A model generated the notes under the pieces. It was not told the origin of the DNA and did not search any database. It was given only the letters and a program-made list of their open reading frames with translations. A stretch of DNA of 62,553 nucleotides, counting the filler, from an uncultured bacterium (GTDB lineage: Bacteria > DYJV01): the NCBI GenBank assembly GCA_964543655.1. It is 5 parts of 5 records of this genome, joined end to end, with 100 filler letters (N's around TTAATTAATTAA, not from the genome) between each part and the next. Parts side by side here need not be neighbours in the genome. Positions count along the whole stretch, not along the records: positions 21,555 to 47,071 come from CAZIZE010000030.1; 4 more parts are not named here. One strand, written 5' to 3'. This document shows positions 21,555 to 31,495 of this stretch, in pieces; the stretch's first letter is position 1; each line of letters begins with the position of its first letter. The translations under genes and the position numbers were made by a program.

Positions 21555-22308
21555 CTATATTTATTTTATTTGGATTATCTTTGTAAAAACCAACAGCTAC
21601 TCCTGCCAAAGGATAATCAATCGCATTTCTAATTCTAAACTTTTCATAAAATCCTTTCTTTTTGGAAAAATCTCTAATTATAACTTTTGTAACAATTTCC
21701 TCTGGCTCTAAAATATTTGGTTTCTTACCTTTGCCTGTATAGAAATCTTTTAATTTAATTATCTTAATATTATCAGAATTAAAAACTTCCACTTCTGCAT
21801 CAAGCGCAATTAAAAGAGGTGGCAGATCTGCAGAAAAAACAGCAAAGCATCTTTTAGCTCCTTTAACTGCATTACATACTTTGCCACCTGCTTTAAAACA
21901 AACTTCTCTAACCTTTCTCCATTCATGAGATTGGTTGTAATAAAGACATCTTGTATCAAGGCAGATATTCCCTCCAATAGTGGCTTTAGTCTGAATAGGA
22001 GGTGCAGCAATTAACCTTGCACACATTGATAAATCTGAATATTTTGAATTAATTATGTCAAAAAGAGTGGTTAAAGCACCTATTGTAAGAGTGTCAGTTT
22101 TTTTGCTATATTTAATAAATCTTAACTCTTCTAAATTTAAAAGGGATATTATAGTATCTGTATTGGGAAACAGTCTTTTTTTTAAATTGGGAATAATCTG
22201 AGTGCCTCCAGCAGAGATAATTGAAGTCCCTTTATATTTGTTTAGAAAAGTGCTTAACTCTGTAAGGTTTACAGGTGAAAGATGGTTAAATTTTGGTAGT
22301 CTGCCCAT
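21555..22308 (-). CDS. FAD/[4Fe-4S] subunit of a xanthine-oxidase-family molybdoenzyme, 4-hydroxybenzoyl-CoA reductase beta (HcrB)-like; 3' partial
   Basis: AGGTQ, TIGGNICLDTRC.YYNQS, and a four-Cys insertion C..CFKAGGKVC..RC characteristic of HcrB-type subunits. Confidence 0.8.
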
Positions 22309-22321
22309 AATCGCCCCTTGT

Positions 22322-22341
22322 TTTTTATGTATACATAAAAA
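22322..22341. promoter_or_regulatory. Candidate GntR-family operator 1 (perfect 20-bp palindrome)
   Basis: TTTTTATGTATACATAAAAA, located between the leftward promoter and the hcrB-like RBS. Confidence 0.65.
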
Positions 22342-22356
22342 TAAATATCTAAATAA

Positions 22357-22385
22357 AAAATAGCATTAAAAAAAAGTTTTGTCAA
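22357..22385 (-). promoter_or_regulatory. sigma70 promoter for the hcrB-like gene
   Basis: Minus strand TTGACA, 17 bp, TATTTT with an extended TGn motif. Confidence 0.6.
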
Positions 22386-22454
22386 ATAAAAAATTATAAA
22401 AATGTTTTAGTCAGTTTTTTCCTTGAAAAATAGATAAAAAATATCAAAAATTTC

Positions 22455-22491
22455 TTGACAAAAAATATTGTTTAAAATATATATGTATACA
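22455..22491 (+). promoter_or_regulatory. sigma70 promoter plus candidate operator 2 for the CoA-transferase operon
   Basis: TTGACA at 22455-22460, 17 bp, TATATA, immediately followed by TGTATACA at 22484-22491. Confidence 0.55.
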
Positions 22492-22556
22492 CAAAATAGA
22501 ATTTGTGGAGAGTGGTTTTAATTTTCAAGAAATACATCTTTATTTTAGGAGTTTAA

Positions 22557-23750
22557 ATGACTAAAAATCTATTTTCTAATATTACTATTCTTTCCCTTGA
22601 GCAGGCAATTGTTGTTCCTTATTTTACTTATAGAATGGTTCTTGAAGGTGCTAATGTTATTCGAATAGAGCATCCTGTTTATCATGACCCCAACAGGCTT
22701 GTTGGTGATAATGTTCTTGGTGAAGACAGGATGAACTCATATTATCTTACAATTAATTGCGGTAAAAAAGCAATAACATTAAATTTAAAAGAGGAAAAAG
22801 GCAAAGAGATTTTGTATAAATTAATAGAAAATCTTGATGTTGACATATTTGTTACAAATCAACTTCCTAAAAATTATAAAAAACTTGGCATTGATTATGA
22901 AACTCTTTCAAGTATTAAAAAGAACATAATATGGGTTGGTGTAACAGGATTTGGTCCTGAAAGCAATGAAGGTGCTTATGACCCAATACTTCAAGCGCGA
23001 GGAGCATTAATGGATCTCACTGGAGAGCCAGATGGAGAGCCTCAAGTGGTTGGAATCCCTTTGCCTGATATGGGAAGCAGTGAGCAGGTTTATGGTCTTG
23101 TTATGAAAGCACTTTACAAAAGAGCTGTTACTGGTGAGGGTAGTAAGATTGATTTTTCAATGTTTAGAAGCACAGTTAGCTGGCATGCTATTAATATTCC
23201 AATGGTTGCCACCTTTGGGAAAAAAATTAGCAGGAGAGGCAATACACATGAATTTTTTGCACCTGTGTCTGTTTATAAAACAAAAGATGGTTATGTGTAT
23301 TTAGCTGTTGGCAATAATAGACAGTGGAAAGATTTAGTTAATTTAGAACCTTTTAAATGTCTTGATAATCCTGCATATGAATATAATGAAGGAAGAATAA
23401 AAGATGTTAAGAACTTAAATGAAAAAATTAATAATATTACATCAAAAATTGAAACTGACAAACTTTTGGAAATGTTAAAATCAATTACTGTTCCTGCTTC
23501 AAAAATAAATTCCATAGATGATTTAATAAATGAACCTTTGCTGCAAAATAAATTTTTAAAAACAGAGGATAATAAAACTCAATATGAAATTACACTATGT
23601 CCACCACCTTTTGATAATGATTTTTTACAGCAAAATAAGAGAAAATTTTCTTTTCCACCACGATTAGGTGAGCATAACTTTGAAATTTATAATCAGATTG
23701 GGTATAGTAGCAATGATATAGAAAAATTAAAACAGGATGGAGTAATATGA
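22557..23750 (+). CDS. Family III CoA-transferase (CaiB/BaiF)
   Basis: GANVIRIEHP, NCGKKAITLNLK, GFGP..YDPILQARG, putative catalytic Asp in PLPDMG, PPRLGEH. Confidence 0.92.
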   Translation: MTKNLFSNITILSLEQAIVVPYFTYRMVLEGANVIRIEHPVYHDPNRLVGDNVLGEDRMNSYYLTINCGKKAITLNLKEEKGKEILYKLIENLDVDIFVTNQLPKNYKKLGIDYETLSSIKKNIIWVGVTGFGPESNEGAYDPILQARGALMDLTGEPDGEPQVVGIPLPDMGSSEQVYGLVMKALYKRAVTGEGSKIDFSMFRSTVSWHAINIPMVATFGKKISRRGNTHEFFAPVSVYKTKDGYVYLAVGNNRQWKDLVNLEPFKCLDNPAYEYNEGRIKDVKNLNEKINNITSKIETDKLLEMLKSITVPASKINSIDDLINEPLLQNKFLKTEDNKTQYEITLCPPPFDNDFLQQNKRKFSFPPRLGEHNFEIYNQIGYSSNDIEKLKQDGVI

Positions 23751-23773
23751 TATTAGTTCAATGTTAAAAAAAT

Positions 23774-23804
23774 TTTCAAATTTCGAGTTTACGATTTCGA
23801 ATTT
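23774..23804. repeat. Degenerate 7-bp tandem repeat (TTTCGAA family)
   Basis: TTTCAAA TTTCGAG TTTACGA TTTCGAA TTT. Confidence 0.55.
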
Positions 23805-23822
23805 ATAACTTTAGGATAATTT

Positions 23823-24698
23823 ATGGATAATTTAATTCAATTTATTATTGCAGGAATTACCACAGGTAGTATCTATGCTCTAATAGCAATGGGTTTTTCT
23901 GTTGTTCATAATGCTACAGGTATTGTAAATATTCTTCAATGTGAGTTTATAACTTATGGTGGAATGCTTACAGTTACATTTTATATTTTTTCAAAATTTC
24001 CTCTGCCAATAGCAATAATTTTATCAATTGTTGCTGTTTCTATTCTTGCTGGTTTGTTTGAGAAATTTGTAATTAGAAATTCAAAATCAAAAGATATTAT
24101 AATTTTAATTTTCATTACAATAGGTGCATCAATCTTTTTTAAAGGCATTGCTCTTGCTCTATGGGGCTCTGATCCTTTTACAATTCCATCATTTTCTGGT
24201 GATAAAGTTATCAAAATTTTTGGAGCATCAATAATTCCTCAAAATTTATGGGTTATTGGCATTACAATTTTAACTTTTCTTATACTTTATATTTTTTTTA
24301 AAAAAACATTGATAGGCAAAGCAATGAGAGCTGTTGCAATTAACAAAAAGGCAGCAGCAATTGTTGGGATTCAGATTAACAAAATGGTTTTTTACTCGTT
24401 TGTTTTAAGTGGTTTTCTTGGGTCTCTTGCAGGTATAATAATTGCACCTATTACCACAACATCTTATGATATTGGATTTATGATAGGCTTGAAAGGTTTT
24501 GCAGCGGCAATATTAGGTGGTTATGGTAGTATGGCAGGCTCTATTGTTGGTGGCTTTTTACTTGGAATTTTTGAAAGCCTTGGTGCAGGATTAATTTCTT
24601 CTGATTATAAAGATGTGATAGCTTTTGTTATTTTAATAGTGGTTCTATTTGTTAAGCCAAATGGTATTTTAGGACAAAAATATGTTGAAAAAGTTTAA
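23823..24698 (+). CDS. livH: HAAT-family ABC permease (LivH-like)
   Basis: GSIYALIAMGF, GKAMRAVA, LKGFAAAILGG, KPNGILG. Confidence 0.9.
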   Translation: MDNLIQFIIAGITTGSIYALIAMGFSVVHNATGIVNILQCEFITYGGMLTVTFYIFSKFPLPIAIILSIVAVSILAGLFEKFVIRNSKSKDIIILIFITIGASIFFKGIALALWGSDPFTIPSFSGDKVIKIFGASIIPQNLWVIGITILTFLILYIFFKKTLIGKAMRAVAINKKAAAIVGIQINKMVFYSFVLSGFLGSLAGIIIAPITTTSYDIGFMIGLKGFAAAILGGYGSMAGSIVGGFLLGIFESLGAGLISSDYKDVIAFVILIVVLFVKPNGILGQKYVEKV

Positions 24699-25614
24699 AT
24701 ATCAAATTCTTCTTCTTTCTATTTTATTATTAATTTTAGGATTTTTTTTAAAAAGCAGTTACTCTCTGTTGATTTTAAATGTAATTGGATTAAATACATT
24801 AATTGTAATAGGCATTAACTTACTTGTAGGGTATGCAGGTCAGATTTCTCTTGGCCATGCAGCTTTTTATGGAATAGGTGCCTATAGTTCTGCAATTTTA
24901 ACCACAATGTACAATGTTAACCCATGGTTGGCAATTTTAATTGCAGCAATTATTACGGCAATAGTAGCTTTTTTAATAGGCAAGCCATCGTTAAAATTAA
25001 AAGGCCATTATCTTGTGATGGCTACACTTGGATTTAATATAATTATTTCTGTTATCCTGGTACAGTGGGAAGATTTTACAGGGGGCCCCTCAGGTATTCC
25101 TGGTATTCCATACCTTGAAATTGGTGGCTTTTCATTTGATTCTGATAAAAAGATATTTTTTTTAATATGGTTTTTTGTGATAATTGCACTAATTTTAGCA
25201 TACAATCTTGTTAATTCAAGGGTTGGTAGAGCACTCAAATCATTGCATAGCAGTGAAATTGCAGCAGAATCACTTGGAATAGATGTGCCTATGTATAAGG
25301 TTAAAATTTTTGTTTTAAGTGCTGTTTTGGCAAGTATTGCTGGTAGTTTATATGCTCATTACGTAACTTTTATCAGTCCTAAATCTTTTGATATAATTTT
25401 TTCAATTAAAATAGTTATTATGTCAATTTTTGGTGGAATGTCAACTATTTTTGGAGCACTTATAGGAAGTGCATCTCTTACATTACTTGGTGAATTACTC
25501 ACAGTTGTTGAAGATTATAGCACCATAGTTCTTGGATTAATTCTTGTTTTAACTTTAATGTTTCTTCCAGAGGGAATTGTTGGTTTTTTTAAAAAATTAA
25601 AAAGTAGTAGTTAA
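24682..25614 (+). CDS. livM: HAAT-family ABC permease (LivM-like)
   Basis: GYAGQISLGHAAFYGIGAY, LKGHYLVMATLGF, PEGIVG. Confidence 0.9.
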   Translation: MLKKFKYQILLLSILLLILGFFLKSSYSLLILNVIGLNTLIVIGINLLVGYAGQISLGHAAFYGIGAYSSAILTTMYNVNPWLAILIAAIITAIVAFLIGKPSLKLKGHYLVMATLGFNIIISVILVQWEDFTGGPSGIPGIPYLEIGGFSFDSDKKIFFLIWFFVIIALILAYNLVNSRVGRALKSLHSSEIAAESLGIDVPMYKVKIFVLSAVLASIAGSLYAHYVTFISPKSFDIIFSIKIVIMSIFGGMSTIFGALIGSASLTLLGELLTVVEDYSTIVLGLILVLTLMFLPEGIVGFFKKLKSSS

Positions 25615-25620
25615 AAGTTA

Positions 25621-26391
25621 ATGAAAATTTTAAAAGTAGAAAATATTTTTAAAAGCTTTGGTGGGATTTTGGCTCTTGCTGATGTGAGCTTTACAGCAAC
25701 TGATGGATTAATAACTTCCATAATTGGTCCAAATGGAGCAGGAAAAACTACTCTTATTAATATTATTTCTGGTTTTTACAAGCCTGACAAAGGTAAAATT
25801 TTTCTTGATGATAAAGATATTACAGGGTTAAAACCTCATAAAATAATAAAATATGGTTTAAAAAGGACTTTTCAGAATATACAGACTTTTTCAAACTTAA
25901 CTGTTATTGAAAATGTAATGGTAGGATTTCATTTTGTAACAAAGTATGAATTTTTTAACTGCCTTTTAAACCTAACTTATGTAAAAAATCAGGATAAGAG
26001 AATTAAAGAGGCAAGTTTTGAAATTTTAAAAGATTTTGGACTTGATAAATATGCTAACAAATATGCAGCTTCACTTCCGTATGGAGAGCAGAAAAAACTT
26101 GAAATAGCAAGGACAGTAGCAGGTGAACCAGATATTATTCTCCTTGATGAGCCAGTTGCTGGACTGAATATTTCAGAAACTGGAGAGATTGCTGAAATAA
26201 TTTTAAATCTTAAAAAGCAAGGTAAAACTATTTTGCTAATAGAGCATGATATGAATATGGTTATGGATATTTCTGATAAGATTATTGTTTTAAACTTTGG
26301 GGAAAAGATAGCAGAAGGTGTCCCAGAAGAGATTCAAAAAAATAAAAGGGTTATTGAAGCATATTTGGGGACTGCTGATGTTGGAAATTAA
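25621..26391 (+). CDS. livG: ABC ATP-binding protein (LivG-like)
   Basis: GPNGAGKTT, LPYGEQKKLEIAR, EHDM, VIEAYLG. Confidence 0.92.
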   Translation: MKILKVENIFKSFGGILALADVSFTATDGLITSIIGPNGAGKTTLINIISGFYKPDKGKIFLDDKDITGLKPHKIIKYGLKRTFQNIQTFSNLTVIENVMVGFHFVTKYEFFNCLLNLTYVKNQDKRIKEASFEILKDFGLDKYANKYAASLPYGEQKKLEIARTVAGEPDIILLDEPVAGLNISETGEIAEIILNLKKQGKTILLIEHDMNMVMDISDKIIVLNFGEKIAEGVPEEIQKNKRVIEAYLGTADVGN

Positions 26392-27100
26392 CAATATTTC
26401 AACTTTTTATGGAAATATACAGGCATTAAATGATGTTTCTATTAATATTACTAAAGGGGATATAGTTGCAATAATTGGTAACAATGGTGCTGGTAAGACC
26501 ACTCTTATTAATACAATTACTGGTTTATTAAAACCAAAAAAGGGAAATATCCTTTTTGAAGGTAATGAAATTACAGGATTAGCTCCAGATAAAATAGTGG
26601 AACTTGGCATTATCCAGGTTCCAGAGGGCCGTGAAATATTTTTTGATTTAACTGTTAGGGAGAATCTTGAGTTAGGAGCATTTTCAAGGTTTAAAAAAGA
26701 AGATAAAGAAAAAATATATGAAACCCTTGAAGATATTTTCATGCTTTTTCCAATATTAAAAAAGAGGCAAAAGCAGGTAGCTGGCACATTAAGTGGTGGA
26801 GAGCAACAAATGCTTGCTATTGGCAGAGGGCTTATGTCAAAACCTAAATTAATGCTACTTGATGAACCCTCTCTTGGGCTTGCACCATTAATTGTAAAAG
26901 AAGTGTTTGATACAATAAGTGAGTTAAATAGAAATGGCACCACTTTTTTAATTGTAGAGCAAAATGCGTATGCTGCTCTCTCTTTTTCAAATAAAGCTTA
27001 TATTCTTGAGCTTGGTAAAATTGTAATGGAAGGGTTATCTAAAGACTTAATTAACAATGAAAAAGTTAAAGAGTGCTTTTTAGGTAAAAGAAAGAAGTAG
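26378..27100 (+). CDS. livF: ABC ATP-binding protein (LivF-like)
   Basis: Likely start MLEINNIS at 26378; GNNGAGKTT, VPEGR, LSGGEQQM, LDEPSLGLAP. Confidence 0.9.
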   Translation: MLEINNISTFYGNIQALNDVSINITKGDIVAIIGNNGAGKTTLINTITGLLKPKKGNILFEGNEITGLAPDKIVELGIIQVPEGREIFFDLTVRENLELGAFSRFKKEDKEKIYETLEDIFMLFPILKKRQKQVAGTLSGGEQQMLAIGRGLMSKPKLMLLDEPSLGLAPLIVKEVFDTISELNRNGTTFLIVEQNAYAALSFSNKAYILELGKIVMEGLSKDLINNEKVKECFLGKRKK

Positions 27101-27140
27101 CATAAATCAATTAGTATGAAGTCTGGTGTGCAGAGTAATG

Positions 27141-27251
27141 TTAGGATTTAGGATATAGTTGTTGGGATATAGGGATTAGGATTTAGTGTTTCTAAATATT
27201 TGCTAACGACTAATGACTAATTTATTTTTCAAATTTAGATATTAGAATTTT
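27141..27251. repeat. Mixed heptamer repeat tract (TAGGATT and GACTAAY families)
   Basis: TTAGGAT TTAGGAT ATAG...GGGATTAGGATTTAG...CTAACGACTAATGACTAA; the first family is the reverse complement of the AAATCCT array at about 53300. Confidence 0.6.
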
Positions 27252-27280
27252 TTATTTTATTTTAATGTATGGAGGTGAAA

Positions 27281-28408
27281 ATGGTAGAAGAATATAAAAT
27301 GTTTAGAGAAGCTGTGGCACGTTTTGTTGACGAAGAAATTAAGCCAGTTGCTCAAGAATATGAAGATAAAAAGGAATTTCCATATCCTCTTTTTAAAAAA
27401 ATAGGAGAGCTTGGTTATTTTGGTATAAGGTATCCTGAAGAGATAGGTGGGAGTAATGGTTCAAATACAATGTTTATCATTCTTTGTGAAGAATTAGCAC
27501 GAGGATATATGAGCCTTGCTGCAATTACAGCTATGCAATGTTTAATGGGTACAGATTTTATTTTTAGATATGGTACTAAGAGGCATTATGATGAATATCT
27601 TATTCCTGCTATAAAAGGAGAAAAAGTTGCTACTTTTGCTTTAACAGAGCCAGATGCTGGAAGTGACCTTAATAATATAAAAACAATTGCAGTAAAAAAG
27701 GGTGATAAATATGTAATTAATGGTAGTAAAACATGGATAACCAATTCCTCAATTGCAGATTTTTTTACTGTTTTATGTTTAACTGATAGGGAAAAAAGAC
27801 TGAAAGGAGCTAATTTTTTTCTTATTCCAAAAGATGCTCCTGGGGTAATGGTATCTAAAAAATTTAATAAACTTGGAACAAAAGCTTCAGAAAATTCTGA
27901 AGTGTTTTTTACAGATGTGGAAATTCCTCTTGAGAATAGACTTGGTAATGAAGGAGAAGGAATGAAAAATCTTCTCAAAATTCTTTCAATAATCAGGACA
28001 ATGACAGCTTCCCTCAGTCTTGGGTTGCTGCGAGCATGTTTTGATGAGAGCAAAAAATATTGTATGGAAAGGGTTCAATTTGGTAAACCTATTGGTAAGT
28101 TTCAGCTTATTCAGTCAAAAATAGCAAATATGGCAACTGATATAGAAGTGTCAAAGTGTTTTTTATACAAAGTATCTAAAATGATAGATGATGGTATAAA
28201 ATGCAATAAGGAAGCTGCAATGGCAAAGTATTTTATATCAGAGGCTGCTTGTAGAGCTGCGGACCAAACCACAAGAATTTTTGCAAGCTACGGTTATTCA
28301 ACTGAGTATCCTGTTTCAAGATTTTTTGCTGATACAAGATTTTTACTTTTTGGTGGGGGCACTTCAGAGATATTGCAAGTTAACATTGCAAGAGAAATTT
28401 TAAGTTAA
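27281..28408 (+). CDS. Acyl-CoA dehydrogenase
   Basis: FALTEPDAGSD, NGSKTWITN, ERVQFGKPI, GGGTSEI; GGAGG upstream of the ATG at 27281. Confidence 0.94.
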   Translation: MVEEYKMFREAVARFVDEEIKPVAQEYEDKKEFPYPLFKKIGELGYFGIRYPEEIGGSNGSNTMFIILCEELARGYMSLAAITAMQCLMGTDFIFRYGTKRHYDEYLIPAIKGEKVATFALTEPDAGSDLNNIKTIAVKKGDKYVINGSKTWITNSSIADFFTVLCLTDREKRLKGANFFLIPKDAPGVMVSKKFNKLGTKASENSEVFFTDVEIPLENRLGNEGEGMKNLLKILSIIRTMTASLSLGLLRACFDESKKYCMERVQFGKPIGKFQLIQSKIANMATDIEVSKCFLYKVSKMIDDGIKCNKEAAMAKYFISEAACRAADQTTRIFASYGYSTEYPVSRFFADTRFLLFGGGTSEILQVNIAREILS

Positions 28409-28409
28409 A

Positions 28410-29066
28410 ATGAATAAAAAAGAGTTTATTTACAAAGATTTAAAGAGAAAAATAATAGAGCTAAAAATAAAGAGCCATGATGTTTTAAAAGAGGAGGAAC
28501 TTGCTGAGAAATATAAAGTCAGCAGAACTCCTGTGCGAGAAGCATTGCAGTTACTTGAAAGAGAAGGTTTTTTAATAAAAGTGAAGAAAGTAGGCTTTAT
28601 TTTAAGACCACTTACAAAAAAGGATTTTAAAGAGATTGTTGAAATAAGGAGTATTTTGGAAAGTTATGCTGCAAAACTTGCAACTTTAAATCAAAGTAAA
28701 AATATAATTGAAAGATTAAAAAATATAAATGAAAAATCAAAAAAATATATTGAAAAAAATGATATAGAAAAATTTTTTAAAAGCAATTCAGAATTTCATA
28801 ATTTAATTTATAAATCAAGCAGAAATGAAAGATTAATTGGCTTGATTAATAATATTTATGATAGTTTTACCAGGTATAGAATGATGTTAATTCGAATCAG
28901 CAATATTCCAGAAAAATCGTATAATGATCATAAAATGATGATTAAATCAATGGAAGCAGGAGATGCTGATTATGTAGAAAAATTAGTAAAAGAGCATATT
29001 CTTGAAGGTGGAAAAATTTTGCTTGACAATCTTGAACGTGATGATTTAGGTATTATACAAATTTAA
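28410..29066 (+). CDS. GntR family (FCD) transcriptional regulator
   Basis: wHTH VSRTPVREAL; FCD domain NSEFH..I. Confidence 0.93.
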   Translation: MNKKEFIYKDLKRKIIELKIKSHDVLKEEELAEKYKVSRTPVREALQLLEREGFLIKVKKVGFILRPLTKKDFKEIVEIRSILESYAAKLATLNQSKNIIERLKNINEKSKKYIEKNDIEKFFKSNSEFHNLIYKSSRNERLIGLINNIYDSFTRYRMMLIRISNIPEKSYNDHKMMIKSMEAGDADYVEKLVKEHILEGGKILLDNLERDDLGIIQI

Positions 29067-29073
29067 ATATTTG

Positions 29074-30264
29074 TTAAATTTCATTTTTTCTCTTTTTTTC
29101 GAAAAAAGAAAGAGCTTTTGATGCTTCTTCAAATTTGGGATTAATTTTTAATGCTTTTTTCATGTACTCAATAGCTTTTTCAATATCACCTTTATCAAAA
29201 TAGCATCTTCCAATATTGTAATACACTCTTTCATCCTCTTTGTTGCCAAAAATTAGAGCTTTGTTATAGCTTTCAATAGCTTCATCAAATTTTTTCTGCT
29301 TTCTATAAGCAATGCCAAGTCTATTATAAACAACAAGATAATTAGGTAATTCATCTGCAAGTTTATTATAAAAATTGATTGCATCATCAGTAAGTTCATT
29401 TTCCAATAGAATATCACCAACTTTTAAAAGGAGCTCTTTATTGTTTTTGGCTTCTTTCTTTAAATTTTGAAAATACTCCTTTGCTTTAGAGTAATTTTTA
29501 ATTTTTATGTTTAAATTACCAAGATTAAAAGTACGCTCACTATTTTTGGGATTTAATGAGTATGCTTTTTCAAAGTATTCAATTGCCTTTTCAAAATTAT
29601 TTTTCTTTTCATAAATTTCACCTAAAAGGTGATAACCTTCAATGTAACTTTTATTAACTTTAATTGCTTCTTGTAGAACTTTTTCTGCTTTATCAAGTTG
29701 ATTATTTTCAATAAAAACTTTTGCCATACCTCCATATGCTTTTGAAAATTTGGGATCAATTTTAATGGCATCTTTGAAAAAATTTAAGGCTTCTTTATAA
29801 GATTTTGTTTCAAGGTATTTACAACCTTTTAAAAAGTGATATGTTGCTCTTGAGGGATTAATTAAAGAATCAATTACTTCTTTAATTTTGGTTTCCAAAG
29901 TTGTTACAAGGAATGGTTTTACAAGGTATCCATCAGCACCAATTTCAGCTGCATTTGCAATAATATCTTTATCATTTTCACCTGAAATAATAATAATGGG
30001 AACATATCTGTATTCTTTATCCTCTCGAACCTTTTTTATAAATTCTATGCCATCCATTACAGGCATATTTAGATCAGTTATTATAAAATTAATAGGATGA
30101 GTCTGGAGCTTTGCATATGCAAGGAGCCCATTCGGTGCTTCATAAAAATTTTTATATCCAATATATTTTAACATATTTTTAATGGTACGTCTCATATTTG
30201 ACATGTCATCAACAATTAAAAAGGAGATGTTTTTATCATCTATGCTTTTAATCTCTTTTCTCAT
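29074..30264 (-). CDS. Response regulator: CheY-like receiver plus TPR domain
   Basis: LIVDD, TDLNMPVMDG, VKPF followed by multiple TPRs. Confidence 0.9.
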   Translation of the reverse strand: MRKEIKSIDDKNISFLIVDDMSNMRRTIKNMLKYIGYKNFYEAPNGLLAYAKLQTHPINFIITDLNMPVMDGIEFIKKVREDKEYRYVPIIIISGENDKDIIANAAEIGADGYLVKPFLVTTLETKIKEVIDSLINPSRATYHFLKGCKYLETKSYKEALNFFKDAIKIDPKFSKAYGGMAKVFIENNQLDKAEKVLQEAIKVNKSYIEGYHLLGEIYEKKNNFEKAIEYFEKAYSLNPKNSERTFNLGNLNIKIKNYSKAKEYFQNLKKEAKNNKELLLKVGDILLENELTDDAINFYNKLADELPNYLVVYNRLGIAYRKQKKFDEAIESYNKALIFGNKEDERVYYNIGRCYFDKGDIEKAIEYMKKALKINPKFEEASKALSFFEKKRKNEI

Positions 30265-30265
30265 T

Positions 30266-31495
30266 TTATAACTCTAACTCCAAAATATCATTTGATGGTA
30301 ATTTTTCTGACTCATAAGGGAGTTGAATTTTAAAATTTGTCCATTCATTATCTTTGCTTGTAACAGAAATTTTTCCATTGTGTGCTTCAATTGCAAGCTT
30401 AACAAATGTCAGACCTAATCCAGAGTTTTCATGTTTTCTATAAAGTGAATAAAATTTTTCAAATATTTTTTTTATACTTTGCTTTGGGATGCCAACACCT
30501 GTATTTTTTATATTAATTAAAATTTTACTATTTTTAAACCTGGTTGATATGAAAATATTCTCATTTTCAGGTGAATATTTAATTGCATTATGAAGCAAAT
30601 TATAGAAAACTCTTTTTATAATCATTACATCAAATAGGCTATCAGGCATATTTTTGTCAAGTTTCAGGTATAGATTTTGATGTTTCTCTGTAATGAGACT
30701 GAAAAGATTGTGGCTTACTTCTTTTATTAAATTATTTATGTTAGCTGGCTCTTTGTCAAGAACAAATCTGTTCTGCTCAAATTTGTAAATATCAACAAGA
30801 TTTTGAACCATCCTCATTATATCATCGCATCCTTTAATGGCAGTATCAATAACATCAAAATATTTTTCTTTTATAATCTTATCTTTTTCAAGAATGTCAA
30901 GATTTGACATTACCTGACTAATTGGGCTTTTTAAGTCATGAATTATCATATGAGTCAATTCTTCCTGCAATTTCTGGGTGTTTTTTAAGTTTTTTAGAGT
31001 CTCTGATAGAGCAGCTCTTTCCTCCTTCAAACTTTCAGTTAGATAAAGATTCTCAATGAGTATTGAAATGTTATTAATAAAACGAGAGATAATTTTAATT
31101 TCTTTTTCAGTAAAATTAGTGTCTCCAAACTTTTCTGTAATATTGATAACTCCATAAACTTCATTTTTTACTTTTATTGGTATGATTAAAAAGCATTTGA
31201 ATTTGTTGTACTTATCCTTATTAAGATTTGACCTGGTATTTAATAATTCTCCAGACTTAAAGACATTTACAGCAGGAGAATTTTCATTTAGAGAAACTTT
31301 TATTCCAATAAGTTCTGGATTGGTTGAGGCAATAATTTCAAGAAAATTGTTTTTTTTAAGCATAATGGAGCCTCTTTTACAATTTATATGCTCCAAGATT
31401 ATTTTTAATGCTTTTTGAAGTTTTGTTTTATACTTAAATCTTTTGGAAAGAATTAATTTTGTAAGTTTGTTAAATATAAGAATATCCTGCTGCAT
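30266..31495 (-). CDS. Cytoplasmic GAF-domain sensor histidine kinase
   Basis: GAF domain (IPIKVKNEVYGVIN), H-box HDLKSP, N-box NAIKY, G boxes GVGI and GLGL. Confidence 0.9.
   Translation of the reverse strand: MQQDILIFNKLTKLILSKRFKYKTKLQKALKIILEHINCKRGSIMLKKNNFLEIIASTNPELIGIKVSLNENSPAVNVFKSGELLNTRSNLNKDKYNKFKCFLIIPIKVKNEVYGVINITEKFGDTNFTEKEIKIISRFINNISILIENLYLTESLKEERAALSETLKNLKNTQKLQEELTHMIIHDLKSPISQVMSNLDILEKDKIIKEKYFDVIDTAIKGCDDIMRMVQNLVDIYKFEQNRFVLDKEPANINNLIKEVSHNLFSLITEKHQNLYLKLDKNMPDSLFDVMIIKRVFYNLLHNAIKYSPENENIFISTRFKNSKILINIKNTGVGIPKQSIKKIFEKFYSLYRKHENSGLGLTFVKLAIEAHNGKISVTSKDNEWTNFKIQLPYESEKLPSNDILELEL

Noticed and set aside
26318-26377. Longer ORF-track starts for livF (26318), the acyl-CoA dehydrogenase (27269), the hypothetical gene (47558) and the HAD gene (51897)
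   Set aside because: Downstream ATGs fit RBS position or family N-termini better.
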